Source of the DNA: Owenia fusiformis
Lineage: Eukaryota
Reading direction: 5' to 3'
NCBI GenBank assembly: GCA_903813345.2
Contig: CAIIXF020000001.1
Location: forward strand, 23,188,001-23,252,000
DNA length: 64,000 bases
The number at the start of each line of letters is the position of its first letter. Within the stretch, counting starts at the first letter, position 1. Below the pieces are notes generated by a model. The model saw only the letters and a program-made list of their open reading frames with translations, was not told the origin of the DNA and made no database searches. The position numbers and the translations under genes were made by a program. Of the stretch, positions 1 through 14,450 are shown piece by piece.

Positions 1-379
1 TGTTTGACATTAAGTAGTTGGTGTTCAGCGGTCGGCAGTCAGTGTCTGTAACAAATGGCATGTGGTGACATTTGCATGTCAATGCCTTTTGTTGAAGTCT
101 GGTATATACATGCACCCTGAGACCCAGGTACTAGAAGTTATTACTGACCTCTAACTAGGATAGATATGATATTTTACAGATTATTTCTCTCTGTAGAGTA
201 CAGATGAAGTTACTGAATCATTTTCATGAAAAGGGTATCTGCTACATTTATATTTTTTCCAACTTTCATGGATGGCATTTTTCCAAAAAAAGCCAAAGAG
301 GGTTGAGCTTGATTTCTATCACGTTATAGTTCACTCTTTAACAACTGTGTTAATTGAAAGCCTTAATTCCACACTTTGT

Positions 380-507
380 ATTCCAATGGAGCTAAATATA
401 GTTCCAATGGAGCTAAATGTAGTCCAAAGGAGCTAAATGTAGTTCCAATGGAGCTAAATGTAGTCCAAAGGAGCTAAATGTAGTTCCAATGGAGCTAAAT
501 GTAGTTC
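380..507. repeat. 20-21-bp minisatellite (~6 copies)
   Basis: GTTCCAATGGAGCTAAATGTA units. Confidence 0.85.
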
Positions 508-818
508 TTACACACAAAGTATATGATTTCCAGGGTAAAGTATGATACATTGTAAATCTGGTACCATATATACAGTAGTATCACTAGCATTTAGTATACT
601 ATACACTGTTAAGTTTCTTTGCATGTTCCTTCTTGTATATGCCTTTTTATAGCTCCCCTAAGGTAGGATATATGTGATTAACATAAAAGTAAGTATTGAT
701 GGATTCCTCCCAGGGTATCTCAGCATCACTTTGTTGTACCTCAACTTTCCATCAGCCAAGGCTTCATATCTCAAGGGTACAAAGAACTACAAGGTGTTTA
801 CAAAGAGGAATATCTTAC

Positions 819-880
819 TTGAGAGTGCTTGATTATGAACGAAACAGGTATAAATGTTTCGGAGGATTCTTGCTGGGTAC
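819..880 (-). CDS. Candidate internal exon of the minus-strand gene
   Basis: atgtag|GT ACC CAG ... CAA|GTAAGA; 62 nt, open in two frames. Confidence 0.3.
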
Positions 881-3800
881 CTACATGTTATATGCACGTT
901 GCTTCTCATAATGAGTCTTATATCAATCTAGTTGAATATTCAGATTTTAATTACATTCTTATTACAAAAGTAATCAATGATCAGGCACATCCAATTGTTT
1001 TGGTCTCGCTTAATTTAATGGAAATGGTAACATTTTAAATGATTCATAAAGATATTTTCTAAAATTTTGAGACCAAAGCCAACAAAATATTTGAGATGAT
1101 TGAAATATGAAATAACTAAATTTTTAGGTATACGTGTATGTAATAAAAGATATTGTAAAATCATGGGAAGTCACTTTCTATGGCACTATCATGGTGCATA
1201 TATCACACTATTATAATTATTGCACTATCATGATGCATATAGAACACTATCATGATAACTGCCCTACCATAATGCATACATAGCACTAAACATGATAACT
1301 GCACTATCATGATGCATATATTACATTTTCATGATAGCTGACTGTCATGATGAATACATCCACTAGGATGAGAACTGATGCTTATATTACGCATTTTTGA
1401 TTATTGCACTATTATGATTTTTGCACTATCATGATGCATATATTTCACCAGCACAATGCATAAACTGCACTATCATGACCAAAACCCTCATTAGATGGCA
1501 GAAAATTATCCTACCAAGCAATATAACCACATATGTGCCGTAGTGCAGTATGACCTCATATAGTTCCAATTCACACAAGGGGAACATAACAATATGCCTC
1601 AACAGATTGTGTTTCTTTCCATGCTTCTTCAATATTCCACAATACAACACACAAAATGATCATCAGATCTATTTAGTGTACATTTGAGATGCTGAAGCCA
1701 GTACATATATGATTTTTCTCAATTATCAGATCAAAATAATAACATCCTCTTTATTGATATACCTTATGTCTTAATGACAATAGATGTACTAGGACAATAA
1801 CTGGATCGAAATGAAATACTGTATGACCACAATTGGGTCATTGAATGCCCTAGATATCAATAAATATAAATGAGAAAACTAGAGAATTCTAGAAAAACTG
1901 AGTCGACTAATAGAACATGTAACACAATGTTACATTAATAAATGACAAAAGCCCATTATACAATGTAGTTCCATCCCTTTGGTGATAAAATTTCATGTAG
2001 CTTCCAACTGTAAAAAGCAACTCCAAGATTAATTTGATGATCTATCTACAAATAGAATCTGAGAATAGATCCAGATTTTCGTTAAAAGAAGTAGGTTTTC
2101 TATTTAATAACTAAGCTAGTATTGATTGATTCAGTTAGGCACTTTAAAAGCTATGTACGGTCATTCAATAAGTAAAGCTAATTTTGCTCTACAACTTCTA
2201 TCTTATAAAAGATATTGCCCACATTTTAACAGAAGTGGCAAATTACAAATATTTTGAAAATACGATGAAGATTATCATGATGTTTGGCACTTATGAGACA
2301 GTGGCTACAATATGACTTTGTGGCTACAATATGATACAATACAAAAGCTTCAATTTGATACAGGGTCTACAATATGACAAAGTAAATTTTTAAACTGCCT
2401 TTACCAAATTACAGATAACATGGGAGACATACATGTAGAAAAAGCTCTCTTAAACTTGGATTATGAAACCAACTTTAAAGTTTTTACTTTCACTGAAAAT
2501 GTGATTCCCATTCAGCTCATGTGGGGGAGTTCTCTCCCCTTAGATGAGATTGCATTTGAAGCGTTCTGGGGCATTTTAAAATACAAAATTCCAACTAATA
2601 TGGATTAATAAAATGTAAATTATTGGCCATTTTTTCCAATAATCCAGTATTTTTAAAGTGTGGGGTAATTTATTATAAAAAATAAAAAATAAACTTTTCT
2701 CTAAACTTTGAGAGTATGCCTGGATGGCGTTTTATGCGTATATGACGCTACGCCATTGATGCAAGATGTTTCAAATTGTATAGTTATATCAAACTACATA
2801 GATACTAGTATTCCAGAATTCCGCGGCGTGGACGGAATTTGACAAAACTTCAATTTTTTGCAGAATCCCTGATTTTCATGAAAATCCCGCGGTATTACCA
2901 GAATTTCCAAAAATTACATATTTTACGATCTACTACATTTTAGATGCAATTTTGTATGTAGATTTCAAATATGATCACTTTGACAAAATTTGAAATAAAT
3001 ATTGATGAAAATCAATTATATTTCTCCTGGCGTCTGACTCTATTCAACACAGTATTTGCAAGAATAAATCTAATAAATCTTAACTACATTACACAATTAT
3101 GGAGAAAATAATATTTTGATTCAGAATTCTTTGACAAAACTATCTCATGAAAACCTGCTAAAATCTCATTTTGATAAATAAAAATGAAGTGGAAAGTACT
3201 CAGATAAACTGATATTGGACACCAAATAATGGTTTAAAAAGTCATTTTTTCTAAAAAATGTGTTTTAAGTGAGAACTAAAGGCTAAGAATTGACCTAATT
3301 TTGCCAGATTTCATTTTTAAGCTGCCTTTCAGAGTGACCAGATCAGCTTGACCTTCAGTTTTATAACACATGTCATGGATTTCATTCCAAATATGGAAAG
3401 TGTAAAAATAGAGCTGTCAATCAAATCTGAATATTCTCAAGTGAAAGTGAATTTTAGCTTGATAAGCTGATTCTGCATTTCTATAAGGATTTGACGTGTG
3501 TGGAAATGTCTTAATAAACTGAAACTTAATAATAGAATATAATTTAATGTATTATATAGTTACTTTGGTTACTTTGACCTTTGTAATTAAAAATAAATTG
3601 CTTGAATTCAATTTTGTGCATATACATGTACATGTATATTGCGTATGTGTTTATTTTTTGTGTACCCTATATATAATTTTAAAATGCAAAAAACACTGAT
3701 ATAGAACTGCAAAATTAGATGACTTTATGATTTATATTGATTGATTAGATAATTAATTAATTTGGACTGCACCTTTTGATTTTAATTTAACATTTGTCTG

Positions 3801-4282
3801 GAAGTAAATCTCACGATAATTTTTGAAGACAAGATTCTATATTACCTCAGACCCAAATACCACTTCAAAATTCCCTCAGTTGGTAATTTTTCATAAACAC
3901 ATCAAAGTTTAGATCCATTCAGATGAGATGTTCATTGAGGGATTAATCATTTTTATAATTATGACAAGACTATCCTCAAAGAGTAGATTAGTTCAGACAT
4001 ATGCTACCCTTTGAGAAAGCTTGAATTTTTAAAAACTCAAGAGGTAATGCACTTTTTGCAATCGAAATTCAATTATTCTATTTATGGATACATTTCATGA
4101 ATTAAATGATATGAGGTCATACAGAAGAAATATGATTAGATATGGTCCAATGACAAAATAACTGGACATTGATTATTTAATTCAAGCTGAAATGTTTGTT
4201 GCAAACTATATTTCATATTCGTCCCAATTTTTTTTTAATTAACTGCATCATTTTCACGTCTCTTTGCATATCTGCAGCCCTT

Positions 4283-4355
4283 TTAATTAAAGGCTACAGA
4301 ACTTGTTCCTTCTCCAGTTGGGAAAGAGAAAGAAAATTTTCTGGATCCTTGAGAC
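4283..4355 (-). CDS. Candidate terminal exon (SQGSRKFSFSFPTGEGTSSVAFN*)
   Basis: tactgaccacag| acceptor; open in phase 2 to TAA at 4285-4283. Confidence 0.3.
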
Positions 4356-4526
4356 CTGTGGTCAGTAGGTTGTTGGATAAACAGATTGAACATACATATA
4401 ATGGAAAAGAAGACGAACAAACAGACAGACAAGGTGGTAAAAACTTATCTAAATGACCTAAATAATACATGTACTGCATTATTTGTCAGCGTGACTAACA
4501 TGTACAGCAAGGGTAAGAGTATTTAA

Positions 4527-5358
4527 AGTCCCTGTCTAAAGTTTGAAAATATTTTTTTATCATTCATTTACTATTTGTCATGACTTAAAAAGTTATTCTA
4601 GAGATTTTTGAAAGAAAAATTTTTCTGAAAAAAAAGTTGTGAGCATTTCATTTCTCAAATATTCAAATTTCCCGCCATTTTTCAAAAAAAGTTGAAATTT
4701 TTTAATCATCAAATATTTCTCAATGCATTTCGAAAAAGATTATCTTTTTAACACCAATGCAAAGATTGATCAAAGGACACACTATTTCAATAATAAAATG
4801 CCATATTTAATGGGCCACTTCAATGTTTTAACATATCAAAAATATTTTGCACCATTAGTGATGTCATTAAGGTACCAAAAACTTTTTGAAAAAAATTGAA
4901 ATTTTTTTTTCGACGTCAATCTTTTCTAATTATGCTAGACTTCAATAATATACCAATGTTGATTGTCTAACCAGGTTAAAAGGAAGAATATATTATGTTT
5001 TAGATATCATTGTACCATTGGTTTCTATGAGAACTAGAATTTTTAAATGCATTTTTCTTGGAACCATTTTCATGCACTGATAAGTTCATTTCTCGCTTAT
5101 TTATGAACCGATTTTCTTAATTTTTTCGGCAAAAAACATGTGAGGATGAATGCTATGCATTGGTATGAGTTGTTGCTAAGTAAAAGATATGTGTGACCTC
5201 TAAAAGTTAGTTTTAAATAAATTCACAAATTTTGGAACAAAAAGTCTATCAAAAACCACTTTTTGAAATTTAAAAAAAAAGTTTCACATATCACACTTTG
5301 ATAACATTGGGTAAGACTACAATATAAGCCAAAGTGGTTTAAACTTTAGATGGGGACT
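4527..5358. mobile_element. Non-autonomous DNA transposon, TTAA TSD, Kolobok-like
   Basis: TIRs AGTCCCTGTCTAAAGTTT / AAACTTTAGATGGGGACT (16/18) flanked by TTAA on both sides; RR...YY ends. Confidence 0.7.
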
Positions 5359-6083
5359 TTAAATGATGAAGATTCTTGGTAGCAAAGTCTATACATGTAT
5401 GTGAAGGATGAATTATGGACAGCCACACACCACAATGCATGACAAGTGAGCAACATAAGCTTCAACACGGACAATGATTACAATCTATGCTAATGGTACT
5501 CCAGAGTATGGACTATCCCCAAAAAATATTAATTACATTACAATTACAAAAAGACCCTCTCCCGGGATATTTGATGATTTTTTAAATTAAATATTTTTTT
5601 CACTTATAAGTTCTTTGACACCTGTTCCAAATGAAATTAAATAAGTTTGTGGGCATTATTCTAGAATTATATTGACCGTCCTTGTTACTAGGAAAACAAA
5701 ACAAGACATTGCCATGGTTACTTGCCAGGTGATAATAAATGTCACCTAAGACAATGGCTGTGAAAGGGTATTTATTGAAATAAAGTGTGAACTTCAAAAA
5801 AAAAAGATTATTTTTGTAAAGGTGTATTACTACTACTACTTTACTCCAAAAACGTTGTTGTGTTGTATGGTATCAAAAGCATAAGGTATTGAAGCCCGGT
5901 ATTGGAGATTCTTAAATTATGGAATAAAAAGACCCCTTGATGACCCCCCCCCCCCATCAACTTTACCTAATATCTTCTTGACATCAACATAAGTGATTTA
6001 TTTATCATTTAATAATGCAATCAATCCAGATACCCAAGACCATCAAAACATCACATTTAATTGCTTAAAATAAAGTAAATAAT

Positions 6084-6851
6084 AACTAGATAATGGCAAC
6101 TCCGCGGAGTAGCAAATCCCAACGAACAAAATATCAATTACCGAATTCCAATCAATTATACTCATTACTTTGGTTAAAATTGAAAAATTTAGATTTTAGA
6201 ATTGCGAATTCCTGCAAAGCAGCCATTTTGAATTTTCTGAGGTACAAATCTGAAAATAATAGCATAATTGTGATCTACTCCAAAATTCCTTCAATTTGAG
6301 TATAATATAGCCATACTTTGAAGGGATCGAAAAATGATTGCGAAATCGTACATTAGACAGCCATTTTGAATTTTACGAGGCTCGAATCAGAAAAAAGATA
6401 CAATATTTGCAATCTACTCTTAATTGCCTTTCATTTGAGTATAATAAAGCTATACTTCAGAAAGATCTAAAAATTTCTGTTTTCCTGACCCCCCATACAC
6501 GGCCCCTGGGGGTCAGGATGAAAAACACGGAATATATGTGAAATAGATAGATGTTGCGAATATACTACCAAAATTTCAAACAATAATATTAATTACTTTG
6601 GTTTAGATTGAAAAATTTATGATTTTTACGAAAAAGTCCCGTCATTTTTAAAGCGGCGGCCATCTTAGAAAAATTTTTTTTGTGTAAAACTATTCATCAA
6701 TATACATCTTTCCACCAAAAATGAAGAAAATCCATCTACAAATATGTGAGTTATCTTCCGGACGGACGGACGGTCTGACTGACTGACGGACTGACGGACG
6801 GACGGAGGGCTTCACTATATCCCTACCGAACTTCGTTCGTTGGGATAATAA
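6084..6851 (+). mobile_element. Helentron-associated element (HINE/DINE-1-like)
   Basis: Starts AACTAG; (GACG/GACT)n microsatellite at 6758-6806; 3' hairpin ATCCC-taccgaacttcgttcgtt-GGGAT followed by an A-rich end. Confidence 0.65.
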
Positions 6852-6989
6852 AGTGCCATTGTAAATATCTGGGTAAATCGAAAAAACATTCCATTTTCCT
6901 ATGGAGAAAACCTATCAAATCAGCACTACCATGAAATTATGCCAAGAGCTATAAATCAAAACAAGAAGAATTTATGTACTTTGCTTTAC

Positions 6990-7059
6990 CTGATGAAGCT
7001 GAGCTGTCTGCGAGAGGAAGTGGAAATATACAATAAAACCTATCTTGGTGAACAGTCTC
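6990..7059 (-). CDS. Candidate exon with two acceptors (70 nt from 7059; 18-nt microexon from 7007)
   Basis: Shared donor CAG|GTAAAG; strong internal acceptor ttccacttcctctcgcag. Confidence 0.4.
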
Positions 7060-8414
7060 CTAATATATAAAGTAAGATAACTATCATGTGGAACACGGCC
7101 TCTAGAAGGATATCCTAATTAAGTGGAGCACTATTGTATTGTTTTTTGGTTACTCCCATATTTTGACTTGCAATGTATTTTATGGTATGTCAACAATCGA
7201 AGGCAGACCAAGGAATATTCAAAAACAGCCAGGAAAAACTTCCTTCGATGATACTCATCATCTTTTGTGTGTACAATCGAAACATAGATATTACAACCAC
7301 ACAGCTCAGCCTTTTGTACGAGTGGCCCACACATCCTGAATTTCATACACACAAACAAATTATATCTCAACTGGCCCGGGGGGGAGCAAGCGATGTAATA
7401 ACCTTGATCTGTCAATTAGCCAAGGTAGGTGGCCTTCTGTGGTACCAAAGGCGTTCTATTAACAAAGGTTTCACTGTATTTTCGAAAGGTGTTGAATTCC
7501 CTTACTGGGTGCATCAAGGTAGACATTTTTCATTGCTTTGATATTTACAGAACACAAGGTTTATATCAAAGTTTATCTGAATGATGCTTAACTACATCTG
7601 AGACCATCATATGTTAGTCTCAGACTACATGTACATACATAATATACATTTATCAATGTATATTCAGAAACAGAAACATAGGCTGTAACCAATAAGCAGG
7701 CATCTGAATTCTATTACATTCCAACCCGATATGAAACATTTCCGCAATGTATGGATTCCAAAATCCGCAAGTTGTAGAATGTTCCTGATGATTTAACGCA
7801 GCAATTATTTATACAGCTGTAACATGTTAGTGAAGATACAATGATACATTTTACAGTACATGTACGGTAATACATAATTATCTCATAAAAGGGAGATTTT
7901 CAATGGCTTAAAGAGATGTAAGGTATCTGCTTGTTACTAAACTGGCGTTTACCCCTTTGGTTTGCAACCAAACTAGATAAGAGAAACACATATAACCTTG
8001 GAGGCTATCTCTTGAAGTCTGCTAGCACATCTTTCAATACCACAACCTGCTACTACAGTAATCAACACATTTATTTAGTAATATACTGCTGGATTTGCTT
8101 TCATTTCTATAGCTGCGTGGATTGGTGTGCTCACCTCAAAGACCTTGTGGCAGTGAATCCAATAATGCACTGGATATTGGAATGAAACATTGATTTTGTT
8201 ATCGTTATGAAAATATAGCCTAATAATCTTATCAACATGAATTCAAACAGAACTCATGCTTGAATCAAATGAGTTAAACAAGGTAAGAAAAGAAGCAGTT
8301 GATGTAAAACCACAAAAACAGTTGTCATATTCCTATAAGCACAATGAACTGACCAACACCAACACCCAATTGCACACTTTAAACTGAAATGCATATACTC
8401 ACACTTAATTGTCT

Positions 8415-9478
8415 TCTGTCATATCCCTTAGGAAACTCACCTATACCCACATCTCATGATCATATCCCTAAGAAACTCACCTATACCCATATCTAATTGT
8501 CATACCCCTAAGAAACTCACTTATACCCACATCTAATTGTCATACCCCTAAGAAACTCACTTATACCCACATCTAATTGTCATACCCCTAAGAAACTTAC
8601 TTATACCCACATCTAATTGTCATACCCCTAAGAAACTCACTTATACCCACATCTAATTGTCATATCCCTAAGAAACTCACCTATACCCACATCTAATAAT
8701 CATATCCCTAAGAAACTCACCTATACCCACATCTAATTGTCATACCCATAAGAAACTCACTTATACCCACATCTAATTGTCATACCCCTAAGAAACCCAC
8801 TTATACCCACATCTAATTGTCATACCCCTAAGAAACTCACTTATACCCACATCTAATTGTCATATCCCTAAGAAACTCACCTATACCCACATCTAATAAT
8901 CATATCCCTAAGAAACTCACCTATACCCACATCTAATGGTCATACCCATAAAAAACTCACCTATACCCACATCTAATAATCTTAACCCTAAGAAACTCAC
9001 CTATACCCACATCTAATTGTCATATCCCTATGGAAATTCACCTATACCCACACCTTGTCATATCCCTAAGGAACCTCCCCAATACCCATGCCTTATTGTC
9101 ACATCTCTATTGAAACTCACCTAAACCCACGCCTTATTGTCATATCTCTATTGAAACTCACCTAAACCCACGCCTTATTGTCATATCTCTATAGAAACTC
9201 ACCTATACCCACACCTTGTCATATCCCTAAGGAACCTCACCAATACCCGTGCCTTATTGTCATATCTCTATTGAAACTCACCTTAACCCAATCCTTTTTA
9301 TCTCTGTAAAAACTCACCTATACCCACGCCTTATTGTCATATCTCTATGGACGCTCACCTATACCCACGCCTTATTGTCATATCTCTATGGACACTCACC
9401 TATACCCACGCCTTATTGTCATATCTCTATGGACACTCACCTATACCCACGCCTTATTGTCATATCCCTATGGTCACG
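8415..9478. repeat. 40-41-bp minisatellite (~26 copies)
   Basis: CATAYCCCTAAGAAACTCACYTATACCCACATCTAATTGT grading into a CATATCTCTATGGACACTCACC variant. Confidence 0.9.
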
Positions 9479-9481
9479 CAC

Positions 9482-9670
9482 ATTGATGGTTGGCACAAGA
9501 ATCTCCTCAACAAGGCTCCATTTATCTGTGGAGCCCCTCTTTACAATAGCCTGATCTGCAGGCTGACCCTCCATGTACATGCACTGGCAGCACTGATCGC
9601 CACCACAGTCACAAAGCATAGACGCCAGATTAAATACAGGCTTTGGCACTACAGGTAATTGTGAGTCCAT
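9482..9670 (-). CDS. Candidate alternative first coding exon of the unidentified minus-strand gene
   Basis: ATG-initiated MDSQLPVVPKP...CDCGGDQCCQC...KRGSTDKWSLVEEILVPTIN, then donor GTGCGT. Upstream acceptor at 9760 with an in-frame stop before the ATG. Confidence 0.5.
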
Positions 9671-10396
9671 TAGTTCCTTCTACATGAGAAGAATCGCACC
9701 AGGCTCCCGATATTTCAATTGTTCTTTGATGTTCCTTCAGGTCGCACTGACTACAGGATCCTAGTAGAAGAATGACTCAGTGTAGCTTCAAGACTACTCA
9801 TGACAGGCATGTATCATCCTTCATGTCAACTGAGTATTATAATACAGTGTTGCATTTGTCCTAATGAATCAAACACAGTTTGTCCAGTGAGATTTCCTCA
9901 TATGCAAATATTGATACCCCTCATATGAAGTCTATATTCTTATGCATCCTTCTATGTTAAAATCCCATATGATAGCTGCACCCATAGTTGCTGATTGCCT
10001 GAAGGAATGGTGCTCTAAGGTGCCTATGGTTGTACAATACTGTACATAGTCAGCCAATATATTCCATGCTGTTGTGCAGTGGTGTCTAATACAGAGAGAT
10101 GGGAACAATCTAGCTACATACATTCAGTTAAATATTCAAGCATTGAGCAGCAGCGTATTAAGTAGACGCTTAATTACCACAAGGCGATGCACTCGCTTTC
10201 TTCCCTATATTCCGCAGCAGAGAGCTATTTCATCAAATGAAATCTAGAATCTAGAATTTGTGAACTATTTATAGGATATAATCAACTGATTTCATAATAT
10301 TTTCTTGTAAATACATGAGAAAGCTGTATTGACTCAACTGCATCCAGAAACATTATCAAAGCAATAATAATAGTACAAATAGCAAAATCAATGAAT

Positions 10397-11230
10397 TATC
10401 AAATCACAACATTACCCTCTAAGAGCAATGATGTATCAAATCGCAACATTATCCTCTTAGAGCAATGATGTGTCAAATCACAACATTATCCTCTTAGAGC
10501 AATGATGTATCAATTTGCAACATTACCCTCTCAGAGCAATGATGTATCTTATCACAACATTACCCTCTCAGAGCAATGATTTATCAAAAAATCACAACAT
10601 TACCCTCTCAGAGCAATGATGTATCAAATCAAAACATTACCCCCCCCCATAGCAATGGTGTATCAAATCAAAACATTACCCTCTCAAAGGAACGATCTAT
10701 CAAATCAAAACATTACCCTCTCAGAGCAACGGTGTATCAAATCACAACATTATCCTCTCAGAGCAATGATGTATCAAATCACAACATAACCCCCTCAGAG
10801 CAATGATGTATCAAATCAAAACATTACCCTCTCAGAGCAATGATGTATCAAATCACAACATAACCCCCTCAGAGCAATGATGTATCAAATCAAAACATTA
10901 CCCTCTCAGAGCAATGATGTATCAAATCACAACATTACCCCCCAAAGCAACGATGTATCAAATCACAACATTACCCTCTCAGAGCAATGATGTATCAAAT
11001 CAAAACATTACCCCCCAGAGCAACGATGTATCAAATCACAACATTACCCTCTCAGAGCAATGATGTATCAAATCAAAACATTACCCCCCCAGAGCAACGA
11101 TGTATCAAATCGCAACATTACCCTCAGAGCAATGATGTATCAAATCACAACATTACCCCCCCCCAGAGCAACGATGTATCAAATCACAAAATTACCCTCT
11201 CAGAGCAATGAAGTGTCTAATCACAACTTC
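10397..11230. repeat. ~35-39-bp minisatellite
   Basis: AGAGCAATGATGTATCAAATCACAACATTACCCTCTC units. Confidence 0.9.
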
Positions 11231-12776
11231 AAAATCATAAGATATCAAAGATTACATTTTTTAACAAAATATGGCAGTGATTTTGAATTGAGTGGCCATA
11301 TTGAAAATTTCCTCTAAGCAAAGGTCTTACGCCAATACAACATCAGCCTATAACATTTGTAACAAATCACAAGGACAAACAAATGGACAGATGACCAAAC
11401 GCTTCTCTATATCCCTTCAAACTTCGTTCAATTACCTTCTTTTCCATACTACATGTAAATCTACTTCACTGATCTATTCTTAGCTTGGCTAATTGAATGA
11501 AAATTGCCATTCTTTCACTGAGTATTGAATGAGGCCCAATGATTAATAATGGCCGGACGAGGAGCCAGCTATGTCTATAGAGGAAGACGAATTAAAGCAT
11601 CCTGGAAATGAAGACTTTGACTTCTACCTATTTGTGTATAACATCTTTACATTTAGGCACATGATCAAGAAGATTTTTGAAAAAATGCTATACCTGCATA
11701 TGTTATTGTCTGTCTAACTACATGTATTTTGATGAAAAAAAGTTTTGGGTTTTTCCTTGTATTCAAGAGGTGAAGACAATTATAAGGAAATCTTCACTTA
11801 ACTCATTTATCTCAAAGATTACTTCTGATATGGACAGATCATATCAATACTGATATCGGAAAAAGATAAAGATATGATTTGGGTGTGCAATTCCTTATGA
11901 GTTATTTCAACTGAAAGTTCTTCAATTATTTGGTCCCATTTTGGAATTTCTGAAATATGATTTTTTAATTCCTAATATTTCATCCACCCAACCATATTTG
12001 ACTGACTTTTACCAATGATTGACTCAGAGGTTATCCTATTAAAGGAAGATGCTCTTGACAAAAGGAAATTATAGCTCAGATATGATAAATAGGATTCTCT
12101 TAACTCTGACAATTCAATTTAAGATAAGGTTGGGTGACCTCAGAAAGCAATTGTATCCATCACAATATGGAATACTGGACATTGATCAAACAAAGTCTAA
12201 TCAACAGAAAACTTTCCATTTCAAACCCAACCAATTCAACAGTGGATAACAATGCAACGCTTATCATTTCATGCAACTAAGATGAAATTGGAAAATCTGA
12301 AGACATGTAAATATATAAGACACATATGAAAAGAAAAATTTGTAGTTGTAAATGTTTTTTCCAGAGTTTTCCTTGAAGATTAATCACAAGCAATGTCAGG
12401 TTGAGAAAGTGAAGCCCCCAGATGTGTTGCATAACTCAGTGATCTTCTCAAATCAACTTGGTGCAAAAATCACATTTTCACAATTCTGACCAACATTCAT
12501 TAAAATATGCCTATTTTTCAAAATTTTTCTAATTTTCATGTGGGTGCATATGAGTATTCAGATAGGCGTAAACATATTTTTTAAATCTCAAGGAGGTGCA
12601 GAACCAACCTTTTGAACCAATATTTCAAAGCTGGGGGGATCATTGGGATAAGTATCAAAATGAGAATGGCATATACATATGATATAACAAACCATTCAAC
12701 TAAAATAATGTCATTGTCGCCACAGCAGAACAACAGCCACCCAACAGAACACCCAAGATTACACTAATTTACAAAA

Positions 12777-12917
12777 ACAGGGCATTACATGCAAATGTCA
12801 GCACCTGCCATTTGTTACCAACACCGATCATCGAGCACCAACTGCCAAACACCATCCACAAAGAAAGTTGGAAACTACAACAATATACAGTATCACCACT
12901 AGTGGGGGTGACATAAT
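12777..12917 (+). mobile_element. Short HINE-family element (dispersed family)
   Basis: GGCATT(A)ACATGCAAATGTCA.CACCTGCC head and TCACCAC..GTGG.GGTGACAT hairpin tail, shared with copies near 1-92(-), 19179, 20301(-), 23936, 26017, 39900 and 61066(-). Confidence 0.6.
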
Positions 12918-14019
12918 CTGTAAACATTTTTGCTGAAATAGATTTTTTAATACAAACCTATCACAAGGCAGAACATAGTCTGAGATAATCAGATCTAAAC
13001 CTATTAGCTGTCAAAGTAATTAAATCTAGGATGAACTGAGGACAGGTATGACGCTAGTGTTTCTACTCCATACGCCTGTATATTCCTTGGAGATTAATCT
13101 ACTCCAAATGTTTGGATGAGCAACACTGACATAATTAAATATAAAAAGGCAACAAAGTAAAGAGAAACATGTTAACACTTTTAGAATATTTTTTCTCACA
13201 GGCATACGTGTCATATCTATTTTCTAAGAAGTCCAAGAATTTTGACTTCATTTCATAAGAAAACCAGTTTGAAGGTAAATAGGTAATATTTCTGAAAAAT
13301 ATATGTCTCCTTTAACGATTCAATTTCATTTGGACATTTCTGCATCTTAGTTCTTAAATAACTTTGTTGCATTTGACATTTATCGGGTGACAATAGTCAT
13401 AAAGGTTTTGTATTTTACAGCATTTACGGTTATAAGATTACAATCATATGTCAATGTCACAATTATAGGTCAATGTCATAATTATATGTCAAGGTCAATC
13501 AAATTGATATGTCAAATGCATTTATGGTGTGTACAACTTGAATTAAACCATGCTTTGCAATAAGTGACATCTATAAATATGTGTATTTTCAATGTCAGAA
13601 TGCCTCAAGCAACATTTTATTGAACTTCTAACTTATTAGCTCGTATTGCAATTCTGAATGTGAGATAGTGATTGAAAAACATGCTGCAACAATCATATGG
13701 CAGCAAAATATGAAGCAATAGAAGAAAATGAGAATTAATACTCTAAAAAAACGTCAACATTTTCTGCTTAGATCCAGTGATAATCCATTGAAGAGTGGAT
13801 CATACATCCATTCCTTTAATTTGTATAAAGCGAATGCCTAACATCCAAACAAGTGTAAATGTAACTCAATGTCTAGAAATATAAATCCAAAGCAAAATGC
13901 ACTCAAATAGGCTATTTGTGAAAAAGTGAACTGAAATAGCACATGAATAATTTTCAAAAACATAAGATGACTGACATACACACCTGAAGAAGCCACGCCT
14001 CCTATAGAATAAAGAGGAA

Positions 14020-14450
14020 ATAAGTACATGTAAACACAAGTACATGTAAATGTAAGTACATGTTAACAAAAGTACCATGTAAACTTAAGTACACATAAAT
14101 GTAAGTTTATACAAATGAAAGTACATGTAAATGTCAATATAAGTACATATAAATCTAAATTTACATGAATGTACATGTACATGTTAACTGTACAGTAGTA
14201 CATCGCGTAAACATAAGTACATATAAATGTAAGTACATGTAAACATTATTACATGTAAACATAAGTACATGTACACATAAATATAAATTCTTACAGATGA
14301 AAGTACGTGTACATATCAACATAAGTACATATAAAGGTACGTAAATGTACATGTTAAGTTGTTAACGTAAGTACATGTAAACATAAGTACATGTAAATGT
14401 AAATACATCTTAATGTAAGTTCATGTAAACATAAATACATGTAAACAAAT
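14020..14450. repeat. Degenerate TACATGTAAA-rich repeat
   Basis: Repeated AAGTACATGTAAA variants. Confidence 0.7.

Noticed and set aside
7131-7541. Overlapping ORFs of 66-122 aa
   Set aside because: No recognisable domain or consistent splice sites; may be non-coding.
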